From the IMG/VR virus record IMGVR_UViG_3300046167_000888: a DNA stretch of 64,000 bases. One strand, given 5' to 3'. Of this stretch, positions 42,156-51,588 are shown piece by piece. The notes under the pieces are model-generated. The model saw only the letters and a list, made by a program, of their open reading frames with translations. It did no database searches and was not told the origin of the DNA. Both the position numbers and the translations under genes were made by a program. Within the stretch, counting starts at the first letter, position 1. Each line of letters starts with the position of its first letter. The stretch is from a virus.

Positions 42156-42686
42156 ATGAAAATAGGTTTATGCGGTACAATGAGTGTGGGGAAAACTACA
42201 CTAGTTAATGCTTTAAAACAAACAAAGCAATTTAAAGATTATATGTTTAGAACAGAACGTTCTAAGTATTTGATGGAACAAGGTATTCCACTTAATACAG
42301 ATTCAACATTAAAAGGTCAAACTATATTTTTAGCTGAACGTTGTGCTGAATTAATTCAAACAGATATTATTACAGATAGAACTGTTATTGATGTTATGGC
42401 ATTTACTATGAATGCTAAATCAATACCTTATCAGGATAAGGAAGCATTTGAAGCTTATGCTAAAGATTTTATAGGGGAATATGATTATATATTTTATATT
42501 TCTCCATATGGGATAGATGTTGAAGATAATGGAGTACGTGAAACAGATGAACATTATAGAGATTTAATTGATTTTACTATTACTACATTAATTAAAAGAT
42601 ATGGACATAAAGCAGGTAAATTAGAAAAAATATCTGGATCTACAGAGGAACGAATTGAACAAATATTGAATATTACAGGCCTTTAA
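42156..42686 (+). CDS. NadR/Ttd14-type AAA (P-loop) nucleotide-kinase-like protein
   Basis: MKIGLCGTMSVGKTTL, ITDRTVID, YDYIFY, EDNGVR. Confidence 0.75.
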   Translation: MKIGLCGTMSVGKTTLVNALKQTKQFKDYMFRTERSKYLMEQGIPLNTDSTLKGQTIFLAERCAELIQTDIITDRTVIDVMAFTMNAKSIPYQDKEAFEAYAKDFIGEYDYIFYISPYGIDVEDNGVRETDEHYRDLIDFTITTLIKRYGHKAGKLEKISGSTEERIEQILNITGL

Positions 42687-42713
42687 CATATTTATAATAA
42701 AAACTCTAATATA

Positions 42714-43319
42714 ATGAAAAGATCCGAATTAAATCAGTTTATAAAAGAAAACATTATAGAAACTTTAACTGAAAGCCCTTCATCTGAAGAAGTAAAAATG
42801 GCAAGACAAGCTGTGGCTAGGTTTATGAAGTATAGAAATGTATCACAAGAGGAAGCTGTTCGTGATTTAATTAACGCTTTAAAGGAAATCCAACCTAAAG
42901 AAGATGATCAACGATATATAGACTATCTAAGAAGAAGTGGTAGAGATAAAGAAGCAGATAAATTATCAAAAAACAACCCTGCTTTAAAAGAAGAACTTCC
43001 ATCTAAAGAAGAAGTAGAAGATACTACTGCTGCTGTTCAAGCACTTAAAAAAGAATTAGAGGATCTAAAGGAAGATGATGATATTGATGATAAAGATGCT
43101 ATAGCACAAGCTAAAGCAGCTAGAGGTAAACATAAAAAATTAGATATTGCAGTTGAAGCATTAAAGGATATTAAAACTAAAATGCAATCATTAGCAAGAA
43201 AATATAGTTCAGCTGATGAAGTAGAAAAAGAAAAAATTAAAGATGATTTAAAAGCTAAAACTGCTAAGAAAAAAGAATTAGAGTCTTTAGTTGCTAAATT
43301 AGAAAAAGATGTTGTCTAG
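42714..43319 (+). CDS. Putative internal head protein
   Basis: Late motif at 42688; MKRSELNQFIKENIIETLTE leader; repeated LKE junctions. Confidence 0.55.
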   Translation: MKRSELNQFIKENIIETLTESPSSEEVKMARQAVARFMKYRNVSQEEAVRDLINALKEIQPKEDDQRYIDYLRRSGRDKEADKLSKNNPALKEELPSKEEVEDTTAAVQALKKELEDLKEDDDIDDKDAIAQAKAARGKHKKLDIAVEALKDIKTKMQSLARKYSSADEVEKEKIKDDLKAKTAKKKELESLVAKLEKDVV

Positions 43320-43692
43320 AGAAAGGTTTATAAATTATGGAATCATCCTCCTTTTAGGTAGTGCATTAATTTATTTTGTACTTATTGGAGATGAAAGTTA
43401 TGTTGAAGATTATAATGTTAAAATTGAAGCATTAGAAGCTAAAGTTGATTCATTACATGGGATAAATGACCATTTAGTATATAAAATAGATACTTTAAAT
43501 CAGCAAATTGTTAAATTAGACAAAGAAATAGACAAACAAGATAAAAAGATTGTCACATTAAAATATAAAGTAAATGAAAAAGTTAATTCCGTTGATTCTT
43601 TTAGTGATGATGAGCTTACAAGGTTTTTCACAGAGCGTTATAGACACTACGAAGATTCAATTAAAAAAGCCGATAGCTCGTCTAGTAATTAA
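43309..43692 (+). CDS. Membrane-anchored coiled-coil protein (i-spanin-like)
   Basis: N-terminal hydrophobic segment GIILLLGSALIYFVLI followed by a coiled coil. Confidence 0.45.
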   Translation: MLSRERFINYGIILLLGSALIYFVLIGDESYVEDYNVKIEALEAKVDSLHGINDHLVYKIDTLNQQIVKLDKEIDKQDKKIVTLKYKVNEKVNSVDSFSDDELTRFFTERYRHYEDSIKKADSSSSN

Positions 43693-43978
43693 AGATTTAA
43701 TTGTAGGTGACGGTGCGAAGGAAGAAATCAAATTATTATCTAATAAATTAGGTTTATTAGAAACAAAAATAGTTGTTAAAGATAGTGTTATATTTAATTT
43801 AAATGAAAGAGTTATGAATTTTGAGAGTATGTTAAATACCCAATCAAGTCAAATAGCTTTATCTAAAGAACTAAATGATAAACTTCAATTAGATTTAAAA
43901 AAACAAAAAGTAAAAACTAAACTAACTACAGGTGCTGGAATACTAGTTGCTGCGGGTATATTACTATTAGCAAAATAA
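43574..43978 (+). CDS. Signal-peptide coiled-coil protein with C-terminal hydrophobic segment (possible spanin partner)
   Basis: MKKLIPLILLVMMSLQGFSQ; ends GAGILVAAGILLLAK; overlaps the previous gene by 119 nt. Confidence 0.4.
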   Translation: MKKLIPLILLVMMSLQGFSQSVIDTTKIQLKKPIARLVIKDLIVGDGAKEEIKLLSNKLGLLETKIVVKDSVIFNLNERVMNFESMLNTQSSQIALSKELNDKLQLDLKKQKVKTKLTTGAGILVAAGILLLAK

Positions 43979-43981
43979 TAT

Positions 43982-45556
43982 ATGTCAAATTTAAAACAAG
44001 TAATACGTTCAGAATACCTTAAATGTGCTAAAGATCCGGTGCATTTTATGCGTAAATATTGTTATATACAGCATCCACAAAGAGGACGTATACAATTCAA
44101 CCTATACCCTTTTCAAGAAAAAGTATTAACGCTAATGCGCGATAATCCTTATTCGATTATCTTAAAGTCTAGACAGTTAGGTATTTCAACATTATCAGCA
44201 GGTTATTCTTTATGGTTGATGACATTTCATAAAGATAAAAATATACTTTGTATAGCAACAAAACAAGAAACAGCTAAAAACATGGTTACAAAGGTAAAAT
44301 TTATGTATGAAAATTTACCTTCATGGCTTAAAGTAGATGCAGCTGAAAATAATAAATTAAATCTACGATTAAAAAATGGATCCCAAATTAAAGCTACATC
44401 AGCCTCAAGTGATGCAGGTAGATCAGAAGCAGTATCCTTGCTACTAATTGATGAGGCAGCTTTTATTGATAATATTGGAGAAATTTGGGCTTCAGCACAA
44501 CAAACATTAGCAACGGGTGGTGGTTGTATTGCTTTAAGTACACCATATGGTACTGGTAATTGGTTTCACCAAACATGGACTAGAGCAGAAGCAGCTGAAA
44601 ATGATTTTTTACCTATCAAATTACCTTGGTATGTTCATCCTGAAAGAGATGATGCTTGGAGAAAAAAACAAGATGAATTACTAGGTGATCCTAGAATGGC
44701 GGCACAAGAATGTGATTGTGATTTTAGTACTTCTGGTGATATTGTATTTTATCCTGAATATATAGATTATTACGAAAAAACTTATGTAAAAGACCCTATG
44801 GAAAGAAGAGGTGCTGATCAAAACTTATGGGTTTGGGAGTCACCTGATTATAGTAGGTCTTATATGGTAGTAGCTGATGTATCTAGAGGTGATGGAAAAG
44901 ATTATTCTGCATGTCATGTTATTGATGTAGAAACAAATGTACAAGTTGCTGAATATAAAGGACAATTAGGTACAAAAGAATATGGACATTTATTAGTTGG
45001 ACTAGCTACAGAATATAATGAAGCATTATTAGTAATTGAAAATGCAAATATAGGTTGGGCTACAATACAGGTAGTAATAGATAGAGCATATACTAATCTC
45101 TATTATTCACAAAAGAGTGACCAAGCAAATGTTAATTCGTATTTTGATAAATATCAAGATCATTCAAAAATGGTTCCTGGATTTACTATGTCATCAAGAA
45201 CAAGACCTATGGTAATTGGTAAATTCCAAGAATATATAAGTGATAAAGGAGTAACAATACAATCTAAAAGATTAGTAGAAGAAATGAAGACATTTATTTG
45301 GCGTAATGGTAGACCAGAAGCACAATCTGGGTATAATGACGATTTAGTAATGTCTTTTAGTATTGCAATGTATATTAGAGATACAGCATTAAAATTTAGA
45401 CAAAGAGGAATTGATTTGACAAAACAATCATTAAATAATATGACAGTCAACAGAACACCTTATCAGGGAAGTTATGGTGGAGGATATGGAAAAGTAAAAA
45501 ATCCTTACCAAATAGACACACCTGATGGAAAAGAGGATATCAGTTGGTTATTATAG
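43982..45556 (+). CDS. terL: Terminase large subunit (T4 gp17-like)
   Basis: LKSRQLGIST Walker A, LLIDEAAF Walker B, LSTPYG, ADVSRGDGKDYS, DDLVMS. Confidence 0.95.
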   Translation: MSNLKQVIRSEYLKCAKDPVHFMRKYCYIQHPQRGRIQFNLYPFQEKVLTLMRDNPYSIILKSRQLGISTLSAGYSLWLMTFHKDKNILCIATKQETAKNMVTKVKFMYENLPSWLKVDAAENNKLNLRLKNGSQIKATSASSDAGRSEAVSLLLIDEAAFIDNIGEIWASAQQTLATGGGCIALSTPYGTGNWFHQTWTRAEAAENDFLPIKLPWYVHPERDDAWRKKQDELLGDPRMAAQECDCDFSTSGDIVFYPEYIDYYEKTYVKDPMERRGADQNLWVWESPDYSRSYMVVADVSRGDGKDYSACHVIDVETNVQVAEYKGQLGTKEYGHLLVGLATEYNEALLVIENANIGWATIQVVIDRAYTNLYYSQKSDQANVNSYFDKYQDHSKMVPGFTMSSRTRPMVIGKFQEYISDKGVTIQSKRLVEEMKTFIWRNGRPEAQSGYNDDLVMSFSIAMYIRDTALKFRQRGIDLTKQSLNNMTVNRTPYQGSYGGGYGKVKNPYQIDTPDGKEDISWLL

Positions 45557-45586
45557 TAATATTTATAACAATAATTATATATTAAT

Positions 45587-47488
45587 ATGGCAGATAAAGG
45601 CGTATTTTCGAGGTTAAGGAGATTATTTTCCACCGACGTAGTAATAAGAAATGTAGGAGGTAATCAAGTAAAAACCATAGATTCAGGACATATTCAATCT
45701 ACAGGTGAATATGAAACTAACTCATTAATAGATAGATTTAACAGAGTTTATTCTACTATGCCTACGTCTTTATACGGGGCACAATTTAATTTAAATTACC
45801 AATATTTAAGAACTCAACTATACTCAGAATATGATGTAATGGATCAGGATGCAATTATTGCTTCTGCTTTAGATATCGTTGCTGATGAATGTACACTTAA
45901 AAATGATATGGGTGAAGTACTTCAAATTAGAAGTTCAAATGAAGACATACAAAAAATATTATATAACCTATTTTATGATGTATTAAATGTAGAGTTTAAT
46001 CTTTGGATGTGGGTTAGACAAATGTGTAAATATGGAGATTTCTTCCTAAAACTAGATATAGCAGAAAAATTTGGTGTTTATAATGTAATTCCTTATACTG
46101 CTTACCATATTGAAAGAATTGAAGGATCAAATCCTGAAAACCCAGCTGAAATAAAATATAAATGGAATCCAGATGGATTTGCAGGTAGTTCTTATGGTTA
46201 CTATAATGTACCAGGACAACAATTAGATGCAGGTCCAGATGATAAAGGTTCTATTATATATGACAATTATGAAATGGCTCATTTTAGAATGGTAGGTGAT
46301 GTTAATTATCTTCCTTATGGTAGAGCTTATATTGAACCAGCTAGAAAATTATTTAAACAATATACATTAATGGAGGACGCGATGTTAATTCATAGAATTG
46401 CTCGTGCACCAGAAAAAAGAGTATTTTATGTAAATGTTGGAGCTATTCCACCTAATGAAGTAGAAGCATTCATGCAGAAAACTATTTCAAACATGAAACG
46501 TACTCCTATGATGGATGAAAAAACAGGTGAATATAACTTAAAGTACAACATGCAAAACATGATGGAAGATTTTTATATTCCTGTTAGAGGAAACGATTCA
46601 TCTACTAAAATAGATACTACACCAGGTTTACAGTATGATGGTATTGCTGATGTAGAATATTTAAGAGAAAAATTATTTGCTGCACTTAAAATACCTAAAG
46701 CATTTTTAGGATATGATGAGAATATAGAAGGTAAAGCTACATTAGCAGCAGAAGATATTAGATTTGCTCGTACAATTGATAGAATTCAAAGAATATTACT
46801 TTCAGAATTAAATAAAATTGCATTAGTACATTTATATACTCAAGGTTATACAGATGAAACATTGACTAATTTTGAATTATCAATGACAACCCCATCAATT
46901 ATATATGATCAAGAAAGAATTGAATTATTAAAATCTAAAACTGAATTAGCACAACAAATGTTAGATCAAGGTTTAGTACCTTCAGATTGGATTTATCATA
47001 ACATTTTCCACTTTAGTGAAGATCAATATGATGAATACAGAGATTTAACTAGAGAAGATGCTAAACGTAAATTTAGATTAGCTCAAATTGAGGCTGAAGG
47101 TAATGATCCTGTTGAAACAGGTAAATCTTATGGTACACCTCATGATTTAGCTTCATTATATGGTAAAGGTAGAATGTACTCAGAACCAGGAAATGTTCCA
47201 GAACCAGATAAATATGCACAAGATGGTCCTGGAAGACCAGTTGATAGTACAACTACAAGAGGTAAACAAGATAATAACTTTGGTAAAGACCCATTAGGTG
47301 TAAAACGTATGAAAGATACGGATAGAAATGATGGTGATGGTAGACCTTCATTAAGTGAATTTGAAAGTCCTAAAGTTACTTTTTTGAAAAATAAGGAAAT
47401 GTTTAGTAAGATGAATAAAAAGCGCTTAGTCTTTGAACAAGAAAAAGATGATAGTAAGCTACTTGATGAATCTCAACTAAAAGGTTAA
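45587..47488 (+). CDS. Portal protein (T4 gp20-like)
   Basis: LMEDAMLIHRIARAPEKRVFYVNVG, EDFYIPVRG, DVEYLREKLFAALKIPK. Confidence 0.92.
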   Translation: MADKGVFSRLRRLFSTDVVIRNVGGNQVKTIDSGHIQSTGEYETNSLIDRFNRVYSTMPTSLYGAQFNLNYQYLRTQLYSEYDVMDQDAIIASALDIVADECTLKNDMGEVLQIRSSNEDIQKILYNLFYDVLNVEFNLWMWVRQMCKYGDFFLKLDIAEKFGVYNVIPYTAYHIERIEGSNPENPAEIKYKWNPDGFAGSSYGYYNVPGQQLDAGPDDKGSIIYDNYEMAHFRMVGDVNYLPYGRAYIEPARKLFKQYTLMEDAMLIHRIARAPEKRVFYVNVGAIPPNEVEAFMQKTISNMKRTPMMDEKTGEYNLKYNMQNMMEDFYIPVRGNDSSTKIDTTPGLQYDGIADVEYLREKLFAALKIPKAFLGYDENIEGKATLAAEDIRFARTIDRIQRILLSELNKIALVHLYTQGYTDETLTNFELSMTTPSIIYDQERIELLKSKTELAQQMLDQGLVPSDWIYHNIFHFSEDQYDEYRDLTREDAKRKFRLAQIEAEGNDPVETGKSYGTPHDLASLYGKGRMYSEPGNVPEPDKYAQDGPGRPVDSTTTRGKQDNNFGKDPLGVKRMKDTDRNDGDGRPSLSEFESPKVTFLKNKEMFSKMNKKRLVFEQEKDDSKLLDESQLKG

Positions 47489-47509
47489 TATTTATAAATA
47501 AATATATTT

Positions 47510-48385
47510 TTGATGAAAATAAAACATTCAAAGTATAAGAATACAGGTATTCTTTTCGAGTTACTGGTTAGACAAATAACAGCAGATACATTAAAAGGTG
47601 ATGATTCACCCGCTATTGATCTGTTAAAAAAATATTTTGTTAAGTCCGAATTAGGACGTGAATACAAACTGTATGAATCAATACTAAAATCTAAAGTAAT
47701 TAATGAATCTAGGGCAACTTTATTTATTAATACTGCTCTTGATAACTCTAAAAGATTTAACAAAACAAGCTTAAAAAAGCAAAAATATAATCTAATTAAT
47801 GAAATTAAAAACCATTATGATTTAGATACGTTTTTTGGGGCTAAAATCAAGAATTATAAAGAATTAGCAGCTTTATATACTTTAATAGAAGGAGTAAATG
47901 CTGAAAAATCTACAGATACTAAACAATTAGTTAATAATAAAATTACTTTATTAGAATTTTTAACTAAAAAAGAAGTATCAACTAAACAAAAAGATATAGT
48001 ACTAAATGAGTTTAAAACTTATGATAAAGATACTAGAATCTTAACATATAAAGTATTATTAGAAAACTTTAACGATAAATATGATAATTTATCATCTGAT
48101 CAAAAACAAGTATTAAAAGAATTTATTAATTCTGTTGATTCAACTCCAGGTTTAAGAAATTTCTATAATACTAAAATTGGAGAATTAAAATCTTCTTTAA
48201 ATGAAGAAGCTAAAAATGTTAAAGATAAAGCGACACAAGTAAAAATTACTGAAGTAGCTAAGTTTTTAACTGAATTAAATAAATCAGATAAAGTAAATAC
48301 TGATAATTTAGTTGATTTGTTACAATATTATGAATTAGTAAACGAAATCAAAATAGCAAATGGCAAATTACAAGTACAAAATTAG
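47510..48385 (+). CDS. Head-assembly/core-associated protein
   Basis: Late motif at 47488; lies between portal and protease; helical; KHSKYKNTGILFELL. Confidence 0.5.
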   Translation: MMKIKHSKYKNTGILFELLVRQITADTLKGDDSPAIDLLKKYFVKSELGREYKLYESILKSKVINESRATLFINTALDNSKRFNKTSLKKQKYNLINEIKNHYDLDTFFGAKIKNYKELAALYTLIEGVNAEKSTDTKQLVNNKITLLEFLTKKEVSTKQKDIVLNEFKTYDKDTRILTYKVLLENFNDKYDNLSSDQKQVLKEFINSVDSTPGLRNFYNTKIGELKSSLNEEAKNVKDKATQVKITEVAKFLTELNKSDKVNTDNLVDLLQYYELVNEIKIANGKLQVQN

Positions 48386-49151
48386 TGAGGCACCGTCTCC
48401 CAATTTAGCAAAACAAATAGGAGCTAAAATTGGAGATGTTACTTATTCTAAAGATGGAGATACTAGATTTACTGTAGATGCAGTAGACCCAGAAAGTGGT
48501 CAGGTATCTTGGAAAGTTGCAAATTTACCTAACTTTGACAAATTATTTGATGGGGTAACTGATGCAACTGTTACTGCTAAAGGTGTTTATACTAAAGTAA
48601 AAGATGATGAAAAATTTAGAGAGTTTTATGAAGAATTAAAATCCATTCGAAATAAAATCAGAACTCATTTACGTAAAGAATACCCAGAAGATTATAAAAG
48701 AATGACTATAGACGAAGAAACAGATATACAAGCACCAATTTCAAAAATAAATTTAGCTAAAGCTAATAATCAAATTAATAATTCTTCAGGTCTTGCGGAT
48801 TATACATTAGATGTTCTTGATCAAATTAAAGATAAAGAACAAGACGCTTTATTTAATAACAACAATATTAAACAAGCTATTAACTTTTTAAAAAAAGCTA
48901 AAGGTGTAGAAGAATTATCTACTTCCGGTGCAGCTGGACCAATTCAAACACCATATGCTTTTAAATTAAAGAAAAAGAAAAAAGTAGATGAAGGAGTAGG
49001 TGCTACATTAGGACCTGGACCAGCAGCAGGAGAAGATGGAGTAAAAGATAATGCATATGTAAAGCAATTTAAATATAAATTAGTTCCAAAGAATAAAGAT
49101 GGTACCTATGTACAGAAAGGTTCAGGACTCGAAGTAAAAAAACTTTATTAA
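48360..49151 (+). CDS. Modular putative internal head protein
   Basis: KISE, TIDEE, GVEE and KVDE junctions separating short modules. Confidence 0.5.
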   Translation: MANYKYKISEAPSPNLAKQIGAKIGDVTYSKDGDTRFTVDAVDPESGQVSWKVANLPNFDKLFDGVTDATVTAKGVYTKVKDDEKFREFYEELKSIRNKIRTHLRKEYPEDYKRMTIDEETDIQAPISKINLAKANNQINNSSGLADYTLDVLDQIKDKEQDALFNNNNIKQAINFLKKAKGVEELSTSGAAGPIQTPYAFKLKKKKKVDEGVGATLGPGPAAGEDGVKDNAYVKQFKYKLVPKNKDGTYVQKGSGLEVKKLY

Positions 49152-49152
49152 T

Positions 49153-49389
49153 ATGTATAAGTATAGATTAGTTGAGCAAGACGACAAAGCATCACAATAC
49201 CAACAAGAACGTATTGATGCTTTTGACGAGCTTGAAACTAGATTAGATAATATTAAAAAATTATTGCGTCAAGCAAAAATAGAAACTATAAAAGTATATA
49301 GAGAACAGCCAACTACTTTTGCTGTAGTAAAACCTACAGATTTAATAGGCGAATTTATAAAAGACATAGAAACATTATTAGAAAAATAA
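49153..49389 (+). CDS. Small hypothetical protein in the head module
   Basis: MYKYRLVEQ leader resembles MANYKYKISE of the upstream gene. Confidence 0.55.
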   Translation: MYKYRLVEQDDKASQYQQERIDAFDELETRLDNIKKLLRQAKIETIKVYREQPTTFAVVKPTDLIGEFIKDIETLLEK

Positions 49390-49390
49390 T

Positions 49391-50860
49391 ATGAAAACAC
49401 TACAAGAACAATACAACCAAATCCAAAAAGGTGAAGGTCGTAAAGATTTATTTTTAAAAGAAGCTAAATCAAAATATCCAAATTTGATTTCAAATATTAC
49501 TTCATTTAGCGATGCTGAAAAAATCCTAAAAAGTAAAAGTGTCATCAATGAAGAACTAGGTGGTGTAGTTACATTACAACCAGTAAACAAATTAACTTCT
49601 GAAGACTTTAACCCAAATAAACAAGCTTGGGAAAACAAGTTCGAACAGTTTTTAGCTGAAGCAGGTAAAAAAGAATTAAATCCTATTGTTGATACTAAAG
49701 TAGAAGAAGAAATCAATGATAAAGCAGGTGATGAAAAAATTAAAGCTGAAGAAAAAGAAACAGCTAAAGAAGTAATCAATACTCAAGATAGAAATTATGA
49801 TTACTCTCCTAAAGTAGATAACATTAATAATGTTAATGCTCAGGAAATGATGAATGGTGTATACTGTGAAATTAAAGAAAACCCAAGCTTATCACTAGAA
49901 GAAGCACAAGCTAAAGTAATTAAAAATTTAGCTAAAGACCAAATGTATTATGTAAAAGAAGGTCAATTTGGAGTTGCGGGGTTAGGATACTCAGAACAAA
50001 AAGTTGAAGAAAATAGTGGTAAAACATATGGTGGTAGTGGATACAGTGATAAAGTAAAAGAAGGTAAAGCTGATATGGTACCAGTTAAAGAATCAGTAGA
50101 CACAAAAATTAAATCTTTAATTAAAGAACATTTAGGTGGAGTTGTTACTACAGGTAACCCAAATTCATTAGCAGCACAATCAGGAAATGCTATTAGACAA
50201 ATGATGCAAGAAGAATGGCAAGAAGAAGTAGGTTCTCAATACCATGATTCATTATATGCTGAAGGTGAAAAAAGACCTGATTATCCAGATGTAGATGGAG
50301 ATGGTGATACTAAAGAACCAATGGAAAAAGCACTTAAGGATAAAAAAGAAAAAAAGAAAAAAGTAAAAAAAGAATCAATTGACTCTAAATTAGCTGAAAT
50401 AGGTAAAGAAGCAGAAGCTGTAAAATTAGAAGCTCAATTAGATTATATCCATGAGTATATTCAAGAAAAAGTAGATAGAGTTGCTTCAATTAATGAAGAT
50501 GAAAATCTTAAAGAATTAATTGATAAAAAGAAAATGAAAGACATGCAAAGAGAAATCAAGCTTTTAGAAAAGAAAAAAGCAGCGATGGAAAAAATCTATG
50601 AAAAGTCTTGTGGTAAAAAATATTCTAAAAAGGAAATGGTAGATGAAGTTAATGACGAAGCTGAACTACCTATGGATGAAAGTACAGTAAATGAGGGTAC
50701 TTCTACTCCAGAAATGTCTGCTGCAATAGCTGAAATTAAAGCTAAACTAGAAGAAGGTGGTTACCCATTTGATCAATGTTTAGATGATAATGAACCTAAA
50801 TACGGAAAAGAAGGAGCAGCTAAAATATGTGGTAGTATTAAAGCAAAACACGGAGAATAA
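49391..50860 (+). CDS. Modular putative internal head/core protein
   Basis: MKTLQEQ start (compare T4 internal-protein MKTYQEF); many [LIV]xE sites; DVDGDGD loop. Confidence 0.55.
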   Translation: MKTLQEQYNQIQKGEGRKDLFLKEAKSKYPNLISNITSFSDAEKILKSKSVINEELGGVVTLQPVNKLTSEDFNPNKQAWENKFEQFLAEAGKKELNPIVDTKVEEEINDKAGDEKIKAEEKETAKEVINTQDRNYDYSPKVDNINNVNAQEMMNGVYCEIKENPSLSLEEAQAKVIKNLAKDQMYYVKEGQFGVAGLGYSEQKVEENSGKTYGGSGYSDKVKEGKADMVPVKESVDTKIKSLIKEHLGGVVTTGNPNSLAAQSGNAIRQMMQEEWQEEVGSQYHDSLYAEGEKRPDYPDVDGDGDTKEPMEKALKDKKEKKKKVKKESIDSKLAEIGKEAEAVKLEAQLDYIHEYIQEKVDRVASINEDENLKELIDKKKMKDMQREIKLLEKKKAAMEKIYEKSCGKKYSKKEMVDEVNDEAELPMDESTVNEGTSTPEMSAAIAEIKAKLEEGGYPFDQCLDDNEPKYGKEGAAKICGSIKAKHGE

Positions 50861-50861
50861 A

Positions 50862-51467
50862 ATGAGTAGAAAACTACTAATAGAAACTCAACCTCTTAAA
50901 TTTTCCCCAAAAGTACTAACAGAAAATGTTAGCAAGGAAAATGGTAACCTTATTGTTGAAGGCGTCTTAGCTACAGCAGAGGTTAAAAATGGTAACGGTC
51001 GTTACTATGCTAAAGAGTTGTGGGAAAGAGAAATGGATAAATACCAAACTCTTATTGATGAAAGAAGATCAATGGGAGAATTAGATCATCCAGAATCACA
51101 AGTTATAAATTTACAAAATGTATCCCATGTTATTACTGAATGGGGTTGGGATGGAGACCATGTAATGGGTAAAATAGAAATATTACCAACACCATCAGGA
51201 AAAATACTTTTAGAACTTATTAAAAATGGTGTTACAGTAGGTGTATCATCTAGAGGAATGGGTTCATTAGAACAAAGAGGTAATGTAATGGAAGTACAAG
51301 ATGACTTCGAATTATTATGTTGGGATTTTGTTTCTACACCATCCAATCCAGGATCATTTATGGGTGTTTTACAAGAAGGTAAACAACACGTAGAATATGA
51401 TTATAATAAAGTTAATAGTGTAATACATGAAATCCTTTGTTCTAAAGGTTCTTGTCCAATTCTGTAA
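50862..51467 (+). CDS. Prohead core protease (T4 gp21-like)
   Basis: KNGNGRYY, MGELDHP, NVSH, ILPTPSG, GVSSRGMGS, WDFVSTPS; likely start MSRKLLIE at 50862. Confidence 0.92.
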   Translation: MSRKLLIETQPLKFSPKVLTENVSKENGNLIVEGVLATAEVKNGNGRYYAKELWEREMDKYQTLIDERRSMGELDHPESQVINLQNVSHVITEWGWDGDHVMGKIEILPTPSGKILLELIKNGVTVGVSSRGMGSLEQRGNVMEVQDDFELLCWDFVSTPSNPGSFMGVLQEGKQHVEYDYNKVNSVIHEILCSKGSCPIL

Positions 51468-51484
51468 CTTTAATAAATACTCAT

Positions 51485-51563
51485 ATACGTATAACCGCAA
51501 TACACCATCTCTTATATGGTGTGAATTAATAAATATTTTCTATTACGATTCTTAATAATCGTA
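51485..51563 (+). promoter_or_regulatory. Late-motif variant plus two leader hairpins upstream of scaffold/capsid genes
   Basis: ATACGTATAA at 51485; acaccat/atggtgt stem at 51502-51522; tacgatt/aatcgta stem at 51544-51563. Confidence 0.5.
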
Positions 51564-51588
51564 TTTCACAAACTTAAATTTTGGGATT

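Noticed and set aside
49151-49160. ATATGTATAA as another late promoter
   Set aside because: It overlaps the start codon and first codons (MYK) of ORF 49153, so it is probably coincidental.
50784-50861. Longer N-terminus of the prohead protease as given in the ORF track
   Set aside because: It overlaps the upstream gene; the ATG at 50862 directly follows that gene's stop and gives a typical MSRKLLIE start.
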